NCBI GenBank assembly: GCA_022564935.1
Contig: JADFKM010000002.1
Span: forward strand, 2,285-66,284
DNA: 64,000 nt
From: Candidatus Dadabacteria bacterium
GTDB lineage: Bacteria; Desulfobacterota_D; UBA1144; Nemesobacterales; JADFKM01
Direction: 5' to 3'
Made by a program: the position numbers and the translations under genes. The notes beneath the pieces are model-generated. The model worked only from the letters and a program-made list of their open reading frames with translations, had not been told where the DNA came from and did no database searches. Below, piece after piece: positions 60,609-64,000 of this stretch. Each line of letters opens with the position of its first letter. Position 1 is the first letter of the stretch.

Positions 60609-61001
60609 TCACCATACAGTCGCTAAAATTTCTCCGCCGATACCCATCTTACGAGCACTCATGCCGGTCATAACCCCTTTTGAGGTGGAAAGTATTGCTA
60701 TTCCCATCCCACCCTTCACTCTTGGAATCAAGCTCTTACTCACATAGGTCCTTAGGCCGGGCTTGCTTACCCTCTTGATTTCGGCAATTACCGAGGCGTT
60801 TTCATCGGTATATTTCAGATCAACCACAATCTTCTTTGAAAGCCCCTCACCGACCTCCCTATAATCTTCGATATAACCTTCGTCTTTTAACACCCTGACT
60901 ATATCTACTTTTATGTTTGAAGCCGGAATGTCAACCGATTTCTTATCGGCGGAGATTCCATTCCTTATCCTACTCAACATGTCGGCTATAGGGTCGGTCA
61001 T
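60609..61001 (-). CDS. rpsH: 30S ribosomal protein S8
   Basis: Start at MTDPIADMLSRIRN (ATG 61001), with GGGAG 6 nt upstream. Confidence 0.95.
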   Translation of the reverse strand: MTDPIADMLSRIRNGISADKKSVDIPASNIKVDIVRVLKDEGYIEDYREVGEGLSKKIVVDLKYTDENASVIAEIKRVSKPGLRTYVSKSLIPRVKGGMGIAILSTSKGVMTGMSARKMGIGGEILATVW

Positions 61002-61034
61002 TATATCTCCCAAACAAAATGATAGGAACGCCGC

Positions 61035-61220
61035 TTACAAACTGGCCTTCCTAACTCCGGGTATGTTCCCAAAGTTTGCCTCTTTCCTGAAACATATCCT
61101 GCAAATGTTAAACTGTCGGATAAAAGCCCGGGGCCTTCCACATATCTTACATCGGCTCCTGGCTCTCACCTTGAACTTCGGTGTTCTCTTTGACTTTTCT
61201 ATAAGGGCTTTTCTCGTCAT
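61035..61220 (-). CDS. rpsN: 30S ribosomal protein S14, type Z (zinc-binding)
   Basis: 61 aa. [20 protein letters not shown] gives C-x2-C-x12-C-x2-C. Confidence 0.93.
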   Translation of the reverse strand: MTRKALIEKSKRTPKFKVRARSRCKICGRPRAFIRQFNICRICFRKEANFGNIPGVRKASL

Positions 61221-61233
61221 GAATTTATTGCTC

Positions 61234-61797
61234 TCAGTTTTGCTGCCTCTTTTTGAACGGAAACCCGAGGCTCTTTAACAACTCAAGAGCCTCATCTCCT
61301 GTCTTCGCCGTGGTCACAAACGTAATGTTCATACCCTTTATTTTATCGACCTTGCTATATTCAATCTCGGGGAATATTATCTGCTCCTTTAAACCGAGTG
61401 TATAGTTGCCGTTCCCGTCAAATGCTTCGAGAGACAGTCCCCGAAAGTCCCTTAGTCTGGGAAGAGCCAGGTTCACAAGCCTATTGAGGAACTCGTACAT
61501 CATGACCCCTCTCAAAGTAACTTTGCACCCTATCTTCACCCCCTCCCTCAGCTTAAAACCGGCTATAGATTTCCTGGCAGCCGTAATGACGGGTCTTTGA
61601 CCGGCAATAATCGCCATCTCCTCTACGGCTTCGTCGATGACCTTCCTCTCCCTGCCGGCATCGGTGAGCCTTCCCAGACCCATGTTCAACACAACTCTCT
61701 CGATGCGGGGAACCTGCATGGTGTTTTTATATTTGAAAGCCTTCATTAAGGCAGGAATTGTCTTTTCCCTGTACCGGGTTTTCAATCTAGGCGTCAT
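61234..61797 (-). CDS. rplE: 50S ribosomal protein L5
   Basis: 187 aa. NMGLG...GQRP...[13 protein letters not shown] blocks. Its ATG overlaps the rplX stop. Confidence 0.95.
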   Translation of the reverse strand: MTPRLKTRYREKTIPALMKAFKYKNTMQVPRIERVVLNMGLGRLTDAGRERKVIDEAVEEMAIIAGQRPVITAARKSIAGFKLREGVKIGCKVTLRGVMMYEFLNRLVNLALPRLRDFRGLSLEAFDGNGNYTLGLKEQIIFPEIEYSKVDKIKGMNITFVTTAKTGDEALELLKSLGFPFKKRQQN

Positions 61798-62159
61798 TAC
61801 CCTTTAATCTCCTTCCCCGTTCTTTTGCTGTACCTGAGCTTTTCGCCGCTTGGAAACAACTTGCGTCCTACCCTGGTAGGTTTTGCGCTTTCAGAGTCGT
61901 AGACCATCAGATTTGAGATATGTATCGGGGCCTCTTTATCCACGATGCCCCCGGTGGGGTTTTTCTGTGTCGGCTTTGCGTGTCGTTTCACGATGTTGAG
62001 TTTTTCCACAATCGCAGCGTTCTTATCCCTCAACACACTTAAGACCTTACCGGTTCTACCCTTTTCCTTTCCGGCATTTACATACACGGTATCCCCTTTC
62101 TTGATACTGAACTTACGCCTAAAGCTACTTGCCTTGACACTTTTGCTCCTCGAAGGCAC
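61797..62159 (-). CDS. rplX: 50S ribosomal protein L24
   Basis: [23 protein letters not shown] motif. Start assigned to GTG 62159 (GGAGG 9 nt upstream, 1 nt after the rplN stop). The track's TTG at 62180 would overlap rplN by 20 nt. Confidence 0.85.
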   Translation of the reverse strand: MPSRSKSVKASSFRRKFSIKKGDTVYVNAGKEKGRTGKVLSVLRDKNAAIVEKLNIVKRHAKPTQKNPTGGIVDKEAPIHISNLMVYDSESAKPTRVGRKLFPSGEKLRYSKRTGKEIKG

Positions 62160-62160
62160 C

Positions 62161-62529
62161 TCAAACCACCTCCGGCGCAAGTGAGATAATTTTCATAAAT
62201 CCCTTAAAACGAAGCTCCCTGGCTACGGGGCCGAACACGCGCGTGCCAATGGGCTCATTTTCTTTATCGATAATTACCGCCGCGTTGTCGTCGAACCTGA
62301 CGTACGAGCCATCGGGTCTTCTCTGCTCTTTCCGAGTTCGAACAATCACCGCTCTGTAAATATCGCCCTTCTCCACTTTAGAGCTAGGAAGCGCCTGCTT
62401 CACTGAGACCACAATCACATCTCCGAGCCTCGCGTACTTTCTTGAAGACCCCCCGAGCACCTTTATACAATAAAGCCTTTTTGCCCCTGTATTATCGGCA
62501 CTTTGAAGATAAGAGGTCGATTGAATCAC
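62161..62529 (-). CDS. rplN: 50S ribosomal protein L14
   Basis: [27 protein letters not shown]; 122 aa. Confidence 0.96.
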   Translation of the reverse strand: MIQSTSYLQSADNTGAKRLYCIKVLGGSSRKYARLGDVIVVSVKQALPSSKVEKGDIYRAVIVRTRKEQRRPDGSYVRFDDNAAVIIDKENEPIGTRVFGPVARELRFKGFMKIISLAPEVV

Positions 62530-62834
62530 CCTTGAGCCCCTCCTTCACTTTCAATCATCGATAAGTCATCCTCACCTACCCCTCCGGCCCTTTCAATTAT
62601 ATTGTTCACCCGCCACCTTTTGGTGCGGCTTAGAGGCCTGCTCTCGATAATGAACACTTTATCTCCAACATTACACTCGTTGCGCTCGTCGTGAGCCTTG
62701 AAACTGGATGTCCTTTTTATAGGCTTTTTATACCTTTTGTGCTTTGTTATTATGGTAACGTCAACTATCACGGTCTTATCCATTTTGCTGCTTCTTACAA
62801 TGCCGACTCTGGTTTTCGCTTTGCCTCTGCTCAT
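62526..62834 (-). CDS. rpsQ: 30S ribosomal protein S17 (with a ~20-aa acidic C-terminal tail)
   Basis: [16 protein letters not shown]...[28 protein letters not shown]. Confidence 0.93.
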   Translation of the reverse strand: MSRGKAKTRVGIVRSSKMDKTVIVDVTIITKHKRYKKPIKRTSSFKAHDERNECNVGDKVFIIESRPLSRTKRWRVNNIIERAGGVGEDDLSMIESEGGAQG

Positions 62835-62842
62835 ATACCGCT

Positions 62843-63043
62843 CTATCTCCTGATTTCTAGTTCTCTTTCCCTCTTCACAGTAAGAATCCGGGCGAAGTCT
62901 TTTTTCAGCAGTCCCATTCTCGCCACGTTTGTAGACCGCTGGGTAGCAAATTGAACCCTGAGATTGAATATCTCCTGCCGCAAGTCATCCTCTTTCTTAG
63001 CTAATTCTTCATCGGTCAGGTTTCTGAATTGTTCTGCATTCAT
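62843..63043 (-). CDS. rpmC: 50S ribosomal protein L29
   Basis: Start at MNAEQFRNLTDEEL (ATG 63043), adjacent to the rplP stop. Confidence 0.9.
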   Translation of the reverse strand: MNAEQFRNLTDEELAKKEDDLRQEIFNLRVQFATQRSTNVARMGLLKKDFARILTVKRERELEIRR

Positions 63044-63044
63044 G

Positions 63045-63464
63045 CTACAAAACTCCCTCCTGCCTGAGAACAACCCGGGTTTTCACAGGAAGCTTGTGAG
63101 TTGCAAGCCTGAAAGCCTCCCTGGCGACATCTTCGGTGAGACCGCTAATTTCGTACAGCATGGTTCCCCTTTTTATCGGGGCTATATATCCCGCAACGTC
63201 CCCTTTGCCCTTACCCATCCTCGTTTCGGCAGGCTTCTTTGTATAGGGCTTTGCCGGGAACACACGTATCCACAGCTTGGCCCCCCTTCTCACGTGCCTC
63301 GTTATGGCGATACGGGCCGCTTCGATCTGGCGGGAGGTCAGTCTTCCGCACTCAAGGGACTGAAGTCCGAACTCGCCAAATGATAGAGAGGCCCCTTTGG
63401 TAGCCTTCCCGCGAATTCTGCCCTTGTGCTCCTTTCTGTATTTAGTTCTCGATGGCTGAAGCAT
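63045..63464 (-). CDS. rplP: 50S ribosomal protein L16
   Basis: [16 protein letters not shown]...RMGKGKG. Confidence 0.96.
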   Translation of the reverse strand: MLQPSRTKYRKEHKGRIRGKATKGASLSFGEFGLQSLECGRLTSRQIEAARIAITRHVRRGAKLWIRVFPAKPYTKKPAETRMGKGKGDVAGYIAPIKRGTMLYEISGLTEDVAREAFRLATHKLPVKTRVVLRQEGVL

Positions 63465-63487
63465 ATCTTTGCCCTACAATACCCTTA

Positions 63488-64000
63488 TTACCGCTTTGCT
63501 TTTTTCTCAATGACCTCTCCTTTAAAAATCCAAACCTTTACTCCTGTTACTCCATAAGTGGTTTTGGCTTCTGCAAAACCGTAATCGATATCCGCCCTGA
63601 TAGTTGCAAGGGGCACTCTGCCCTCTCTGTACCACTCTTTGCGGGCAATTTCAGCCCCTCCAAGCCTTCCTGAAACCATGATCTTGATCCCAAGGGCGCC
63701 GAGGCGCATGGCAGAAGATATTGACCTCTTCATAGCGCGCCTGTAAGCAATGCGTCTTATAAGCTGCAGTGCTACATTTTCGGCTACAAGTTGGGCGTCT
63801 ATCTCGGGTCTTCTTACCTCCCGGATATCGAGGTAAGTGTCCTTCCCGGTCAACTTATTTAATCTTTGTTTCAGCAGCTCTATTTCCTGGCCCTTTCTCC
63901 CGATTATCATCCCGGGTCTGGCGGCGTGGATTATAATCCTCACCCTTTCCGAAGCCACCCTTTCTATCTCTATCCTGCTCACTCCCGACTGGTAAAAGGA
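63488..64000 (-). CDS. rpsC: 30S ribosomal protein S3, 5'-truncated by the window edge
   Basis: The frame stays open to nt 64000 (...[15 protein letters not shown]...). KH domain [10 protein letters not shown] and C-terminal [10 protein letters not shown]. Confidence 0.93.
   Translation of the reverse strand, partial: SFYQSGVSRIEIERVASERVRIIIHAARPGMIIGRKGQEIELLKQRLNKLTGKDTYLDIREVRRPEIDAQLVAENVALQLIRRIAYRRAMKRSISSAMRLGALGIKIMVSGRLGGAEIARKEWYREGRVPLATIRADIDYGFAEAKTTYGVTGVKVWIFKGEVIEKKAKR

Overview
This 64-kb window comes from a compact, diderm (Gram-negative-type) bacterial chromosome and is almost entirely core housekeeping. Most genes are on the minus strand, and many neighbours overlap by 4-11 nt.

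Gene content, left to right:
- A truncated GT2 glycosyltransferase.
- A small RsrA-like ZAS zinc protein.
- A ChlI-like AAA+ ATPase plus VWA protein pair.
- A lipoprotein metallophosphoesterase.
- mtaB-mnmA.
- An orphan B12-radical-SAM gene.
- purL-purF.
- valS, rpoC and rpoB, followed by rplL-rplJ-rplA-rplK-nusG-secE-tRNA(Trp)-tuf.
- A tRNA Thr-Tyr-Gly-Thr leader cluster.
- An envelope block: fabZ-skp-bamA-lolD-lolC/E-lysS.
- An MFS transporter.
- pyrR-pyrB-pyrC'.
- lepB, rel/spoT, gmk and a mannose-1-P guanylyltransferase.
- A metF-like/ubiE pair and a luciferase-like oxidoreductase.
- A 650-bp non-coding stretch.
- An HD-protein gene and a bifunctional IPCT/DIPPS-like gene directly behind rplQ.
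- The alpha and spc ribosomal operons up to a truncated rpsC.

I see no transposase, integrase, phage, CRISPR/cas or recognisable defence genes, so I cannot point to a clear novel system.

The observations most worth follow-up:
1. The more GC-rich IPCT/DIPPS + HD pair appended to the rpoA-rplQ operon, next to a repeat-bearing non-coding region.
2. A dihydroorotase-like gene with several catalytic residues replaced, in a Pseudomonas-style pyrRBC' layout.
3. The stand-alone ChlI-like/VWA module with atypical Walker motifs, divergent from an orphan ZAS protein across a palindrome-rich 0.5-kb spacer.
4. An approximately 150-aa acidic tail on L17.

All family assignments come from reading motifs in the translations. 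No database search was run.
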